From the NCBI GenBank assembly GCA_951406725.2, contig OX597836.1:47368001-47432000 (forward strand): a DNA stretch of 64,000 bases. Reading direction: 5' to 3'. This document shows, piece by piece, positions 11,144 through 24,824 of this stretch. A program made the translations under genes and the position numbers. Positions within the stretch are counted from its first letter, which is position 1; every line of letters begins with the position of its first letter. This DNA comes from Octopus vulgaris. Its lineage: Eukaryota. The notes under the pieces are model-generated. The model worked only from the letters and a program-made list of their open reading frames with translations. It ran no database searches and was not told the DNA's origin.

Positions 11144-11699
11144 ATCGAGAGATAATGTTGAGAACGATTCATTTGAAGACCGCTAGCATCAGTCATCACC
11201 GCGAAGACTCCATCCAGGCATCGTCGAGGCACCAAACATTTCAATTTAAGCCTGACTTCGACCGAGTGGTGTCGTCAGTGTCAAATATAAATAAAACGGG
11301 ACCAATGGAGTTATTTTGCTGAACTCTCAATCAAGAAAGTAAGCAAAGATATGAAGGTCCTCCGTAAGCCTGCCAAAAATTGCCTTTTTTTTCCAAGGAG
11401 TGGAGGATGACATCACGCCTTAAAACGTTCTCTTAGTTGAGAGTGAAACCGCCTCAGAGACATCAGATTGAACTCCCAAGAATGTCCCAGCGGCAAGAAC
11501 GGCTGATTCACACCTAAGTTAAGAAACCAACCCTTAGAAAGTGGAAATGGGCAGCATCTCCACTTTAGGCGATGAACGTTTACTTACAAACGGTCTGATG
11601 GTAGAAATTCGAAGTCATATTAAATAATAATGGATCTCGAACAGCACAGCTTCCTTCCTTAGCAGCGTCATTGTACAAATATTATGAATTTGGGTAATG

Positions 11700-11872
11700 C
11701 GACGAACTGGCAGAATCGTTAGCACGCCGGGTGAAATGCTTAGCGGCATTTCGACTTTGCCTTCCATCCTTTCGGGATCGATAAAAATAAGTATCAGTTG
11801 AGAACTGGAGTTGATATAATTGACTTACTTCCGCCACGAAATTGCTAGCATTGTGCCAGAATTTGAAACCAA
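11700..11872 (+). mobile_element. SINE family B, older tail type
   Basis: Head ..CTGGCAGAATCGTTAGCACGCCGG, core CCTTCCATCCTTTCGGGATCGATAAA, tail TTGTGCCAGAATTTGAAACC. Confidence 0.7.
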
Positions 11873-12497
11873 TATTCTGAATTTGGGTAGACAACTGTCA
11901 TAACATTCCTCTTGCTCCGATTCCACCCAATAAGCGATGGCCATTTCATTACGTAACCTGATATCTCTCTCTCTCTCTCTCTTGTTAAAATCAGTACAGA
12001 ATCTTCAAACCGATTTGTTGAGCATTTTCACTCACCAACAGTATCAAATTTCAATGGTCGTAATAGCTTGTTTAAGATACATCTATGGACCCTTTTGGTT
12101 CCTATTTTATTCTGGTGGACCCTCATAATTATTCAATGTTTAAAAAATGCGATTATATATTTTTATAACTAAATATTAAGAATTGTCTTTAAAAAATCGC
12201 TAAGATATTTTGTTTCTTGTAGAAGTATAACCAATTTATTGCAGATCAGTTTTAACAACAAAATCTTATATGGAACGCCAAGGGCCATATGGAACCCGGT
12301 TGAGAACCTCTGGTGTAAGCGAACGTAGCGGACTTGTTGCATGACCATATTTTTATGATGGTTTTCAACCAAGCTGAAATACAATTTTTGGTACATTTGT
12401 TTATCGCAAAGAGCTTCTGTTGGAACAGAGTAAAATCTACAACAGGAACAACGTTTTGGTATGTAAATGGAGTTGTCTAATTGTCGACCGATATTAT

Positions 12498-12913
12498 GGA
12501 TCTTTTCGGTTTGAACGGCAGTTTTTTTCTCGCGGTGTCATATGAAATTATCACCCATAATTATGACCCTAGTATCGATCTATTGCATTTCAATCTGTTT
12601 TAGGGTTATGGGTGGGGGGAAGGGTATCTTTTTTTTCTTCACAAATGTAAATAAACCCAATCTGTTTCTTAAACGAGGGACATATTCATACAGCACAGAA
12701 TGTTTTCACCTCAATATACGTCATTGATTGGTTGTTGAAATTGCAGAAATTGAAGAAAAGAAACAACAAATATCTTACAAACTATAGAATTTTCTCTAAA
12801 AAGCCAAGAGAAAAAGATGTTTTATAAACACATTCTATCAGTATGCGAAGTTTAAAAGTGTTTAGTTACGTGGAAATTATTTTAAAAAACTGCCGGTCAA
12901 ACCGAAAAGATTC
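12498..12913. mobile_element. MITE, GGATCTTTTCGG family
   Basis: Reverse-orientation copy of 6989-7427; TSD not recognisable. Confidence 0.8.
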
Positions 12914-13202
12914 TCCTGCTTTATCATGTTGATTTGTTCAGTAACTAACTTTATCGTCACTATGAGACAGTTGACTGTCGTGTTACCAACTTGGTTGACA
13001 CCTGCTATGGATTTGTAACAGTTAGTCCAATCCATGAACTGAATATGTTTTTTTGACTAAGCCTCGCACACAACCCACGCGTTTCTGATACCCTTGCAAT
13101 TTTGTCTCACGACTAGTTAGCTTTTTCTTGTTATCCAAAGGATCCGCTTGTGAATATTTGATTTCTTACATCGTGTGAAAAGCTGTGTTTGTATCCTCTA
13201 TT

Positions 13203-13567
13203 TTATTCTTTTTACTTGTTTCAGTCACTTGACTGCGGCCATGCTGGAGCACCGCCTTTAGTCGAGCAAATCGACCCCGGGACTTATTCTTTGTAAGCCC
13301 AGTACCCGCTAAGTGACGGGGACGTAAACACACCAGCATCGGTTGTCAAGCAATGCTAGGGGAACAAACACAGACACACAAACATACACGCACATACATA
13401 TATACGACGGGCTTCTTTCAGTTTCCGTCTACCAAATCCACTCACAAGGCATTGGTCGGCCCGGGGCTATAGCAGAAGACACTTGCCCAAGATGCCATGC
13501 AGTGGGACTGAACCCGGAACCATGTGGCTGATTAGCAAGCTACTTACCACAGAGCCACTCCTGCGCC
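13203..13567 (-). mobile_element. SINE family A
   Basis: Near-identical to other copies. Confidence 0.85.
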
Positions 13568-14340
13568 TATTCTAAATAAATTTCATTTATTAAAGTAAGC
13601 AATCTTCAGCTTACACTCAACACATTAAAAACTGAAATATCCATTAGTGTTTTAAAACCTATTGCTCAAAGCCAGGATTTTTCCACGACAACTCTCAGTG
13701 ACAATAGCCTTATTACTAGTCAAATATATTCCACGTATATTTGAACTGATCTAAAAATTAAGATGGTAAATAACAGGTGTATCATATCCATTTACATTAC
13801 AGACACAAAGAAACACCAACCATTCGATCCAAGAAGCCTGTTAAAACAGATGGCAAACAGACGATAGGAATCTCCGTCGCGAGAAACGTGACACGAGTGT
13901 TTCCAGCCACGTGCTGTTGTATCAGCAAGCTTGCCGTAAACTCCAAGCAGTGTGTCTCTCTAAGTCAGTAATTATAGCTGTCGTTATTTGAAACCATTAT
14001 TTGTAAAAGATCAACATAGTTAAACTCTCTGTGTAATAACAAAATCTTCTGTTAAATGTCGGGGGTCACCAGACCGCATACACAACAACACCTCACGCGA
14101 CATTGGTGACCCTCTGTACAATCGACATCCTTAAACCACAATTACCACCACGAGGAGAAAAGATAAACGCGGGTAAAAGTCGACATATATACAATCCTCA
14201 CCACCGCAACCCCTTCCTCTGCAGGCCATCACGTTGAGAACACCGTTAGCTTAGACGCATCTTTCCTCTTGCTTGAAATAGCAGTCAAATGTACCTGCCA
14301 ACACCGAGCAAATTCTCTTTTTCTCTCCAATATGATTCCG

Positions 14341-14779
14341 TGATCTTTTCGGTTTGAACGGCAGTTTTTTCTAGCGGTGTCATATGAAATTGTTACCCAT
14401 AATTATGACCCTAGTATCGACCTATTGCATTTCAATCTCTTTTAGGGTTAAGGTTAGTTAGGGTTAGGGTTAGAGTTAGGAGTGGGGGAAAGGGTATCTT
14501 TTTTTCTTCACAAATGTAAATAAACCCAATCTGTTTCTTAAACGAGGGACATATTCATACGGCACAGAATGCTTTTTTACCTCAATAGACGTCACTGATT
14601 GGTTGAAATTGCAGAAATTGAAGAAAAAAACAACAAATATCTTACAAACTATAGAATTTTCTCAATAAAGCCAAGAGAAAAAGATGTTTTATAAACACAT
14701 TCTACCAGTATACGAAGTTTAAAATTGTTTAGTTACCTAGAAATTATGTTAAAAACTGCCGTTCAAACCGAAAAGATCC
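14341..14779. mobile_element. MITE, GGATCTTTTCGG family
   Basis: TSD TGATTCCG on both sides; internal TTAGGG-like repeats ~14442-14480. Confidence 0.85.
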
Positions 14780-15318
14780 TGATTCCGGATTGAAGTTGAT
14801 CTTCAACTTCTCCAAGTTCGCTATAACAGTCAGTATTTAATCCTTACATATCCTTCATTTGCTTGGTTTCAACTAATTTCTGTTCAAATAGAATGGCAAC
14901 GTTTTATGGTATTAAGGATATTTCCTCCTCAAATACTATAAACATAGAAGCTTATCTTCTTACTTTCATTTCTTATATTTCCTTTGAACAGGCGAATTTT
15001 CGTGCAACGAATGGAGAGAGAATTCAGCCAATAACAGACACGTACAATGGTGATTTCCTCGTTGGTTTAGGCGCTCAACTTACTTGGCCGAAGTACTTCA
15101 CCAAATCGTCCATTCAACGCATTTAACTACATTCTTTTCACGTTAACTACTTCGATGCAGGAAACCAACAGCTTTCTTTCGTCAGCAAGTCACTTACGCC
15201 TATTCCTAGGAAGGAAAACACTTCACCGCGAATGCCATGCTCCAACTAATGAGCATCGTAGTATATTCCAACACAGATGAAAGCTAGGCAGCAAAACTCA
15301 GCAGACACCTTCATTATA

Positions 15319-15814
15319 CAGTGATCCCTCGTTTATCGCGATAGATTGGTTCCGAGGCCGACCGCGATAACTGAATTTCCGCGAAGTAGGGACACCATAT
15401 TTACAGTATTTATTTAACGTGTATTTTGACTTTTAAAACCCTCCCTGTACTGTTATCAACCCACCCATTACAGAAGTCTATTAATAACAAGGACAACTGT
15501 TGAGAAACAACACTTTAGATTTTTTAAAAATAAAGATTGTTACTGTTACAGGCCAGATTGCAAAATAGAAAGCTGTGATTCGTCGTCTCTCTCCATTGCA
15601 CCAATCACAGCCCGTCTTAAGTTCAAATACCCCTGTATATGCTTTTTTTGCTATTTTACACTTGTTTTGTTGTTCCTAGACTAGGAAATAATATTTATTA
15701 TTAATATTTTAATAGATTTAATGAAAAATGTTATCCTACATTAGAGATATATATTAAATCAGCGAAGTCGTGAATCCGCGATAGTTGAAACTGCGAAGTA
15801 GCGAGGGATCACTG
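15319..15814. mobile_element. pogo/Tigger-type Tc1/mariner MITE
   Basis: TA|CAGTGATCCCTCG ... CGAGGGATCACTG|TA, subterminal CGCGATA repeats. Confidence 0.85.
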
Positions 15815-17331
15815 TACTTCACAATTTACTATGAGCATACGGCATATCAAAAGCGCTGAAAAATTACTTCAGCTGAAATAGCGGCTGACATGGACCAAAC
15901 AGTCGTATTTCATGGTCCAGTAAAAACCGGCAACTCAACAACGAATTGCAACCAAGCTGTTTTGCACGCATGGCTTCGCAAAAGTGACTCCCGCAACTTT
16001 TTCTGTGCATATTTTTTATGTTTACTTTTCATTTCATTTTTATCTAAAAAAAATAAATATGAAAGACAAATTGCCCTGCCCTGCCAATGTCATTCGTTCA
16101 CAAACGCATATACAAACTTGCAACAGACATGTCCGAAGTTAACAAATTTCTCTGCAGACTTCAATTATGCCAAATCTGTAGGTGATAGGCAAAAACTAAA
16201 ACCATATTTCAAATCAGCAAAAAAAATTGTTCAGAACCACCTGTAAGAAGACAATCATCATTTACTTCATTTTAAAATGCCGACTTGTGTCATTGAACAC
16301 ACATACTCAATGTATGTGCTTTGCTTGTTCGCCGGTCGGCTGCGAAATAACGCGGTGAAGATGATTCTCTCAAAGCGCTGGGTGTTAAAACACCTGATGG
16401 ACATAGTCATAGAGAGGCGAGACAACTCACCGCCAATCCCATTCAGGAACGATGGATAGCGATGTTTCGTCATTTTTACGGCTTATCAACATCACATACC
16501 CGAAGCGAACCGGAAGCAAATTTAATTGCCGGTCCATTACTATATTTAAAATAATATTTTTAAAAAAAACATCTCGTATGTCCGAATGATGCATGTGTAG
16601 AAATAAATTCAAATATGAATATGAAGCAGTACGAGTGTTATAAATATTATCGAAAACATACACAATGTGCTTTGCTTGTGAGTCAAATCGCAGCGGTTGG
16701 GGGCGATTTGACACACTTGTAACGGATTGAAATTAATTAGTAAACAATTTTATATTGATGTTGGTGTCAGTATTTGTGACGGTACAAAGTTGTTGTTATG
16801 GTTGCATACTGTAAGATGTGGAAGATGAACAATGCATGAAGTTTTAAGGAAATATTTATTTACCGTTATGTTACAAATACTTTGCCTCGACGGGTAGGTT
16901 ATGATAAATCCAAAAGCATGCGAAGTAAAGTTTGTGTTTGTGTCTTCTTCATTGTTTAGTAGTAGTAATTACCGAGAGAGATAGAATGACGTTGTAAGAG
17001 AGAATTGCAGGGTGTTGTCTGACAGTTGCTGGTAGGAATTTTCATTTCTCTCGCTGACCATTATATTCTAGCAGTCCTTTCCTTAACTAATTGAGTCATC
17101 ACGAGCTGCCCCGTTCAGTTGTCGACAAGGGACTAACTGATTTTTGCTTGGTGTGTGCTTACTTATATAAAGATCCTGAAGGATAGATATATCATTGAGA
17201 ACAGTAGACTTAGTTGGTGGTCTTGTTATCTCTATTCTCACTTTTGGTGAAGTAGAAGTTATTTCGGCCTAGCTAAAGGCATCTGGACAATATCAAACTG
17301 CTGTCAGAGAAAAACCATTGTTCCACTATGG

Positions 17332-18114
17332 GGATCTTTTCGTTTTGAACGGCAGACAATTTCTAGTTAACTAAACACTTTTAAACTTCGTATACTGGTA
17401 GAATGTGTCAAAATAAAACATTTTTTTCTCTTGGCTTTCTTGAGAAAATTGTAATTTGTTTGTTTAACGTAGTTTAATTTTTCGAATTTTAACCAATCCT
17501 ATGCTCTCTTTTGAGCTAAAATCATTTGCTGCGTCTAAAACTGAGACAACATCCTGTAACTAACCCTAAATTTTTTTTTTCTTAATTGTTAAATTAATTT
17601 AATTGTTACGCGTGTAAAAAAAGCGAAAGCAATGGAAAATAATTTAAACAATTAACAAACAAAATAATTCTATAATTTTATACACACGCTTTCCGTAACA
17701 CACGCTTTCCGTATACGTACGGAAATCGTGTGTATAAAATTATAGAATTATTTTGTTTGTTAATTGTTTAAATTATTTCCCATTGCTTTAGGTTTTTTTA
17801 CACGCGTAACAATTAAATTAATTTAACAATTAAGAAAAAAAATTAGGGTTAGGGGGAAGTTTAGGCTTAGTGACAGGATGTTGTCTCAGTTTTAGACGCA
17901 GCAAATGATTTTAGCTCAATGGAGGTAATCGATTGGTTAAAATTGCCGAAATACTCGGATTTCCAGACGAAATATCTTACAAACTATAGAATTTTCTCAA
18001 TAAAACCAAGAGAAAATGATGTTTTATAAACACATTCTACCAGTATACGAAGTTTAAAACTTTTTAGTTACCTAGAAATTATGTTACAAACTGCCGTTCA
18101 AAAAGAAAAGATCC
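17332..18114. mobile_element. Long fold-back member of the GGATCTTTTC MITE family
   Basis: TSD CACTATGG (17324-17331, 18115-18122); internal ~285-bp palindrome bounded by CCCTAA/TTAGGG. Confidence 0.85.
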
Positions 18115-19013
18115 CACTATGGGAACAGTTCTGTTGCAAGATTCACTACACACTCACTTCAATGTATTTTTAATATAGTTAGTATTCGTTACTAAACACA
18201 ATATCGTCGTAAATACCGTTACATTTATATGGAGAGAAAAACTGAGCCCATCACATTCATATTATTGTCACCCTTTTGATGCAAACCAAACGATAGAAGT
18301 ATATTCTTAGTATATATATAACATGCGGTTATACAATTAATATTGTTACATACAAAAAATGAAAGTGAAGCGATGTAAGCCTACATTTAGATATACAACA
18401 CCAATGTAACCTTAGTATTACTCATGTGAAAGCAATGGGCATATGCCCCGCCAATTTGTTTCCTTGTAACATCCAGAAAAATGGATATTTTTTAATGAAA
18501 TTTTCTACAAATACGCTCTTGATGATGCAGAATCCAATTATATCAGAATTTGTTGTGAGAAATAATTTTCGGGGAAGTGGGGAAAAGAATTTCAGATAAT
18601 TCATACGAGTAGATTTTGTTTCCTTATAACTTTCGAGAAACTGAGTATTTTAAATGAAAATTTCTACAAATGTCGTTCAGAGCGTGGAAATTATGTTTAA
18701 ATCGGAATTTAATGTGAAAAGTGAAATTGTTGGGATAGCACATATACATACGGACACACATCATAATTTCTTCCTCAAAATATTTTTCCACGACAAATTT
18801 CAATACAAACAGAATCTACACCATCTAAAGCGTATTTTCAGAAAATTTGATAAAAAAGAATAAATTTTTCGAAAAGTTATGATAAAAGAAATTCTTTGGG
18901 GGGACACATGTACAGGCATACCTCCCGCAGCGCTCATACCAGTTACTGTATATCACTGTGCATGTGCTACTGGAAGTCCATAGTAAACATGTATTTTTTT
19001 TAAAGGATATCAA

Positions 19014-19128
19014 TATAAACAAGGCTTTCTCCATGTCAACGAAAACCAGGTACAGAGGTTTATCTTTGGCTAGGTATTTCTCCTGCAGCTGTCTTACCAG
19101 AAATATGGCATCAGTGGTGCTTTTCCCT
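19014..19128 (-). pseudogene. RTE-clade RT fragment
   Basis: GKSTTDAIFLVRQLQEKYLAKDKPLYLVFVDMEKA. Confidence 0.75.
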
Positions 19129-19132
19129 GTAT

Positions 19133-19172
<40 letters not shown>

Positions 19173-19276
19173 TTAATTATATCAAAGGTGAATGGAATTT
19201 AATTAAATTTAAAATATTCAATCAAATTTACATTTCCAGTGGTCTAACGTGCAAAAAAAATTAGTCAAGAAGACTA

Positions 19277-19540
19277 ATATAGTGCATATTTATACACATA
19301 AGGAATCCACTTAGCGTGAGATTCAACACATTAGAGAGAACAGCTAGGTTCTATAAACCACAAAAATAAAGGACAAAATTCGACAGGTTTAAATTTGGAT
19401 GGTAAATGTTTTTCATTTCCAAATTTATTCCTGTCGAATTTTGTCCCTTATTTTTGTGGTTTATAGAACCTAGCTGTTCTCTCTAATGTTTTGAATCTCA
19501 CGCTAAGTGGATTCCTTATGTGTATAAATATGCACTATAT
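19277..19540. repeat. Inverted repeat (~120-bp arms) between (TA)n tracts
   Basis: ATATAGTGCATATTTATACAC... / ...GTGTATAAATATGCACTATAT. Confidence 0.85.
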
Positions 19541-19781
19541 CGTATAACTAATATATATATATATATTTTTGTGTGTGTGTTTTTGTGTCTGTGTTTGTCA
19601 CCCCACCACCACTTGCCAACTGGTGTTGGTGAGTTTACATCCCCATAACTTAGCAGTTCAGCAAAAGAGACCTATAGAATAGATACTAAGCTTTAAAAAA
19701 GGAAGTCCTGGAGTCTGATGACTGAAACAAGTAAAAGATAAAAGAGACGTTCGTTGTGTGGATTTCATTGAAAAGACTTAC

Positions 19782-19919
19782 CCTTCATATGAGATATAGG
19801 CGATGATGGAAAAGCGCTTTCTGATTTCTTCAGTGTTGCTTTCTTCATCCTTTGGAGCTTTTTCAATGCTGGGGTCTGAAGGGTCCTCAATATATCCAAA
19901 GTTATCGCCCATCACTGCA
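19782..19919 (-). CDS. Candidate isolated exon (MGDNFGYIEDPSDPSIEKAPKDEESNTEEIRKRFSIIAYISYEG), unassigned
   Basis: Non-repetitive open frame with AG acceptor and GG|GTAAGT donor; no family recognised. Confidence 0.3.
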
Positions 19920-20185
19920 CTAGTTGAAATTTTTAAAAAAATGAAATTTTAGAAAACATTGACATGAAAACTAATTGGATTTTATCAATATTTTTTAAGG
20001 AAATGTTCTGAGAATCAAACAAAGATTATCATTAGAAAGGGAAAATTAGTAAAGGTTTGTGTTAGCATGAACCAATTTGGAACTATAATTAAATGATGAA
20101 GGGATTGCACCTAGAAAGTTCCCCTCAGAGGCACAAGTCTGTGCAAGATTGTTTAGTGGAAGACCAACAGTCATCCATGCATACC

Positions 20186-20368
20186 TATTTCTTTACGGAT
20201 TAAGTCGATTACATCGACCCCAGTGCGTAACTGGCACTTAATTTATCGACCCCGAAAGGATAAAAGGCAAAGTCGACCTCGGCGGAATTTGAACTCACAA
20301 CATAACGGCAGCCGAAATACCGCAAAGCATTTCGCCCGACATGCTAACGATTCTGCTAGCTCGCCGCC
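20186..20368 (-). mobile_element. SINE family B (Tx1-type end, tail middle deleted)
   Basis: TSD ATGCATACC (20177-20185, 20373-20381); ends ..TAAAGAAATA. Confidence 0.85.
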
Positions 20369-20847
20369 TTCTATGCATACCAGTTTCCCATTTCCATGCC
20401 ACAGATGTTGTTTGAGGGAAAGGCAAAGGGGCCGATACAGCTTGGCACCTGTGACGTCGCAACTCATTTCTACAGCTGAGTGAAGTGGAGCCTCATGAAA
20501 TGAAGTGTCTTGTTCAAGAACACAACACACAGTCTGGTCCAGGAATCGAACTCACTACCTCATGATTGTAAATCCAATGCTCTAATCAACGAGCCATGTG
20601 CCTTCACTATAAGCAAAAGTGGAATAAATCACCTGTGAGTTACGATGAATGACTAGCAGGATTCTTAGAGCTTGAGACAAAGAGTCTCACAGTATTTAGT
20701 TCTGACTCATTACATTTTAGTTCAAGACCCATCAAGATCAATTCTGCCTTCTATCCAACTGGGGTTGACTTAATCAACTGGTATTAATGTCTCCAAAGCT
20801 CCTTTGAGCAAAAGACTGAGAATCCAAAATATATACTTATAGCATTG

Positions 20848-21258
20848 CTCTTTTACTCTTTTACTTGTTTCAGTCATTTGACTGCGGCCATGCTGGAGCA
20901 CCGCCTTTAGTCGAACAAATCGACCCCAGGACTTATTCTTTGTAAGCCCAGTACTTATTCTATCGGTCTCTTTTGCCAAACCGCTAAGTGACGGGGATGT
21001 AAACACACCAGCATCGGTTGTCAAGCGATGCTAGAGGAACAAACACAAACACACAAACACACACACACATACATATACATATATATACATATATACAACA
21101 GGCTTCTTTCAGTTTCCGTCTACCAAATCCACTCACAAGGCATTGGTCGGCCCGGGGCTGTAGCAGAAGACACTTGCCCAAGGTGCCACGCAGTGGGACT
21201 GAACCCGGAACCATGTGGTTGGTTAGCAAGCTACTTACCACACAGCCACTCCTGCGCC
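20848..21258 (-). mobile_element. SINE family A
   Basis: Full-length copy. Confidence 0.85.
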
Positions 21259-21799
21259 TGTATACAATAATTTCATTATATTATATTAGTTGAGTTGACG
21301 TTTCATTGACGTTTTAAATGCAAAAATGTTTATATGACTAACAACCACATATTATCATTACTTCAAATGACAGTAAAGGTATTTACACACAGTTTATATG
21401 AGATGAAACTGCAGTTGAGAATGACAGTAGTAATGTTGTTGAAAGCTGGGGCTGTAGTGTTCTTTCCTTTAGATCACAAATTGTAAAGGCCGTGCTGCTG
21501 TGTCATTGTCGATGTTCATTGTTTTGACTACTATGCATACTGCTGGCTAATGGCCAAAATGCACTAAATGCCTATGTCCTTATCAGAATAAACGTGCCAT
21601 AGATGAGATTGTTTAATTAGATCCTGTTCTTACAAGATATCTGAGTAGTCATTTTTTTTTTTTTGCATTCATCTTTTGTTGTTTTGTTTTGTTTTTACAT
21701 CAGATAGTGATCCAGGTTCAATTTCTAGGTGTTCTTGAACTGCTAAATATTCCTGCAATAAGATGATCTTGCATAGTGAAACAATATTTATTAAGCTAA

Positions 21800-21930
21800 T
21801 ACAGTTCTATATTTAAGTACTTTGATGTCATTTCTGGGCACATGCTAATCACATCTGTGATGTCTTTCACAGGAATATTGCATAATCTACATTTTTGGTT
21901 GCATCTTGGAATTGCAAGGACTTTACTGTT
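21800..21930 (-). pseudogene. Possible zinc-knuckle remnant of an RLE-type (R4-like) non-LTR element
   Basis: KCRLCNIPVKDITDVISMCPEMTSKY resembles CRLC...ETIxHIxSxC. Confidence 0.4.
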
Positions 21931-22129
21931 TCTTTTGTTTATTCGATATTTAGGCATATGTTTGTATGTGTATGTGTGAGTGTGCACGTGTATATGTATG
22001 CACAAATGTATATACACTACATACTATGCGTATTGAAGTTTGAATTTAGTAGATCACCCACTATCACACAATGCTGGAGTGATTGGACTATGTTCTCACA
22101 AGATCTAGAGAACAACAATCAGTTGTAAA

Positions 22130-22370
22130 AGATGATTGCACATGCTGAAGGCGGAAGTGCAAATATTGCTTTGGAGAACCACATAATCAAGTTCAACAAG
22201 AAACTATGTATGCAAATTCAAGGAGCAGCCAACGGTATCAGTGTGGATGGGGACATGGCTAGCCTCTTCATGATCTGGTGGGAGAAAAAACTTAGGCAAC
22301 CTCTAGATGAACACTCTATAGCCGTTATATTATACTGTAGGCGTGTTGATGATATTAATGTTCGAGTGAG
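22130..22370 (+). pseudogene. Penelope-like RT fragment (motifs B-C)
   Basis: FNKKLCMQIQGAANG..MASLFM..WE..YCRRVDD resembles PLE FxxxxYxQxxGxAMG..LFM..YxRYVDD. Confidence 0.6.
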
Positions 22371-22992
22371 GACAAAGAAATGCATGTGCACACACACCCC
22401 GGCTCACAGCCAACCACCCCCTAGCTATTCATACTGCATGTGCTGATACAGGCATATCCTTTATTTCCCACTAGATCATCCTGCCAGGGCTTTACTTTCA
22501 TACGGCACAACAGTTGTGGGCTGAAGGAAGCCTTGTGACAGGCCCTGCACCAGATGGCTGGACGGAGTTGGAGAAAATCTCCCGAGGGTCAATGTCACCT
22601 TAGATGATGCAGAGGGGTTAGCACAGGACTACCAGTAATGGAGAGCAGTGGGTAGGGGTGCTGGTCTGCTCTATGCATAGTGATGTCTCTGGGACCACTT
22701 ACCACTTCAAGTAAGAACATGAAGCAAGAAGCATTTAGGGCAACCCCATTTGTTGGTGTCAAGGATGCCAAGAAGGGTACAATACAGAGCATTCAGCAGA
22801 TAGCCAACACCATTCATTTGAGTATAATAGACTCCCTGTTCTTGATAGCAAACTTTGGTTAGAAACTACAAACAACAAAGTTCATCTCCTCCATTCCTAT
22901 TACAAGAAACCTATGGCTTCCAAATATGTTATTCACAAGAAGTCTGCTTTATCACACAATGTAAAAGATTAACATACTAACAGCGGACTTAG

Positions 22993-23042
<50 letters not shown>

Positions 23043-23792
23043 TGCACAGACACATACACACACACAATCACATGCACACTTACTGCACAGATACATGTGC
23101 ACAAATACGAATGCCAACGCACACACATATACACACACAAGCATACGCACAGATGCTCACCTATTCGAAAACAAAAAGTGCCACACCACACACACAAGCA
23201 AATATGCCAACACACACGCACTGGAATAGACTCATATAAGAAAACACTAACACATTCACACACACACACACATACATACGAACATGTACACTCACTCACA
23301 GAGTTGACTCAAGTGCACCAACATGCACACTAGATCACACACCCATAATTTTTCAGCAGATCTGAGACCGAAGTGACCTAGAACACAAGGCTGAACCCTT
23401 AAAAAGGTCACTGATTGTTAGTGCACACACCGCCACAAACACATGCAAGGGGTCACACGGGTGTACATACCAAGACAAAGACTGGGAATAATTTGGTATA
23501 TTTCTAATTGCATGTTTCATTACAAAATAGGGGTCACATTTACATGTAGAAAAAGATACAGAACCTCCTGTCTGTAATTCTTCAGGCAAAGGTTTTAAAA
23601 TAATCCAAATTTACAATGGATGGCGATGCAATTTATAGTATAAAGTATTAATTGGGAGAATGAGAAGGAAAAAAGGAAAAAGGAAAATTAATAATATTAA
23701 GGGAGTAAGTGAGAGAGAGAGAGAAAAAAAAATACATACATATACATATATATGTATATATATTTCATGTATAAGCATGTATATATATATAT

Positions 23793-24088
23793 ATCACGTG
23801 ATCACGTGACCGACCAGACCATCAGATGTTGCTACACATCGCTGGTCACAATGCGTTTCGCATTGTTTTAGCCTTCAAATGACACCACCCCGCTGGCTAA
23901 GCGAGCAGGCCAACAGAAGAAAGAGTGGGAAAAAGTTGTGGCGAAAGAGTACAGCAGGGGTCACCACCATCCCCTGCCGGAGCCTCGTGGGGCTTCAGGT
24001 GTTTTCGCTCAATAAACACTCACAACGCCCGGTCTGGAAATCGAAACCGCGAGTCCGCTGCCCTAACCACTGGGCCATTGTGCCTCCA
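23793..24088 (-). mobile_element. tRNA-derived SINE family C (tail type 1)
   Basis: Head GGAGGCACAATGGCCCAGTGGTTAGGGCAGCGGACTCGCGG; same tail as 48305-48615. Confidence 0.8.
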
Positions 24089-24137
24089 CACACACACACA
24101 CACACACACACACATCTATATGTATATATATATATAT

Positions 24138-24201
<64 letters not shown>

Positions 24202-24217
24202 ATGTATATATATATAC

Positions 24218-24302
<85 letters not shown>

Positions 24303-24656
24303 GATGTATATATATGTATAAAATTTAGAGGAATGACGATCTTGCAAATGTTTGAGTATCCATATACGTAAATATTAACAAGTGAAACTAATTAATATGT
24401 AGGTAATTTTTTATTTCGTATATTTTCATTTGTCTTGCTTATTTTTAAACTTTGGTTTTTTGCTGAATTTTTTCTTGAGAACACATTCTTCGTGGTAAAT
24501 GGCGAGTTTGACGTCTATTTCTAGCATACAGGCTGTCCACTATTATTGGTCAGTCCTCTAAATTTTGTTTGTATAAAATTTTCAATCTTTGGATTTTTTA
24601 AAAATATGCTAGGCCACTGATTTTAATTGATTAATATCAATTTCTACCCTTATTTA

Positions 24657-24702
<46 letters not shown>

Positions 24703-24788
24703 AGAATTCACAAAAAAACAAATGACGAAGACAGGTGGTGTAGAAAACAAGCAGATGTATTAGTATAACGCTCGGGAAGTGAAAAACT

Positions 24789-24824
24789 CTTTAACGTTTC
24801 GAGCCTATGCTCTTCTACAGAAAG
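24789..24824 (-). ncRNA. Minimal hammerhead ribozyme-like motif (core variant CUGUAGA)
   Basis: CUUU CUGUAGA A GAGC-AUAG-GCUC GAAA CG UU AAAG. Confidence 0.5.

Noticed and set aside
16791-18150. Possible solo LTR (TGTTG...TACA) hosting the MITE
   Set aside because: No matching TSD and no second copy in the window
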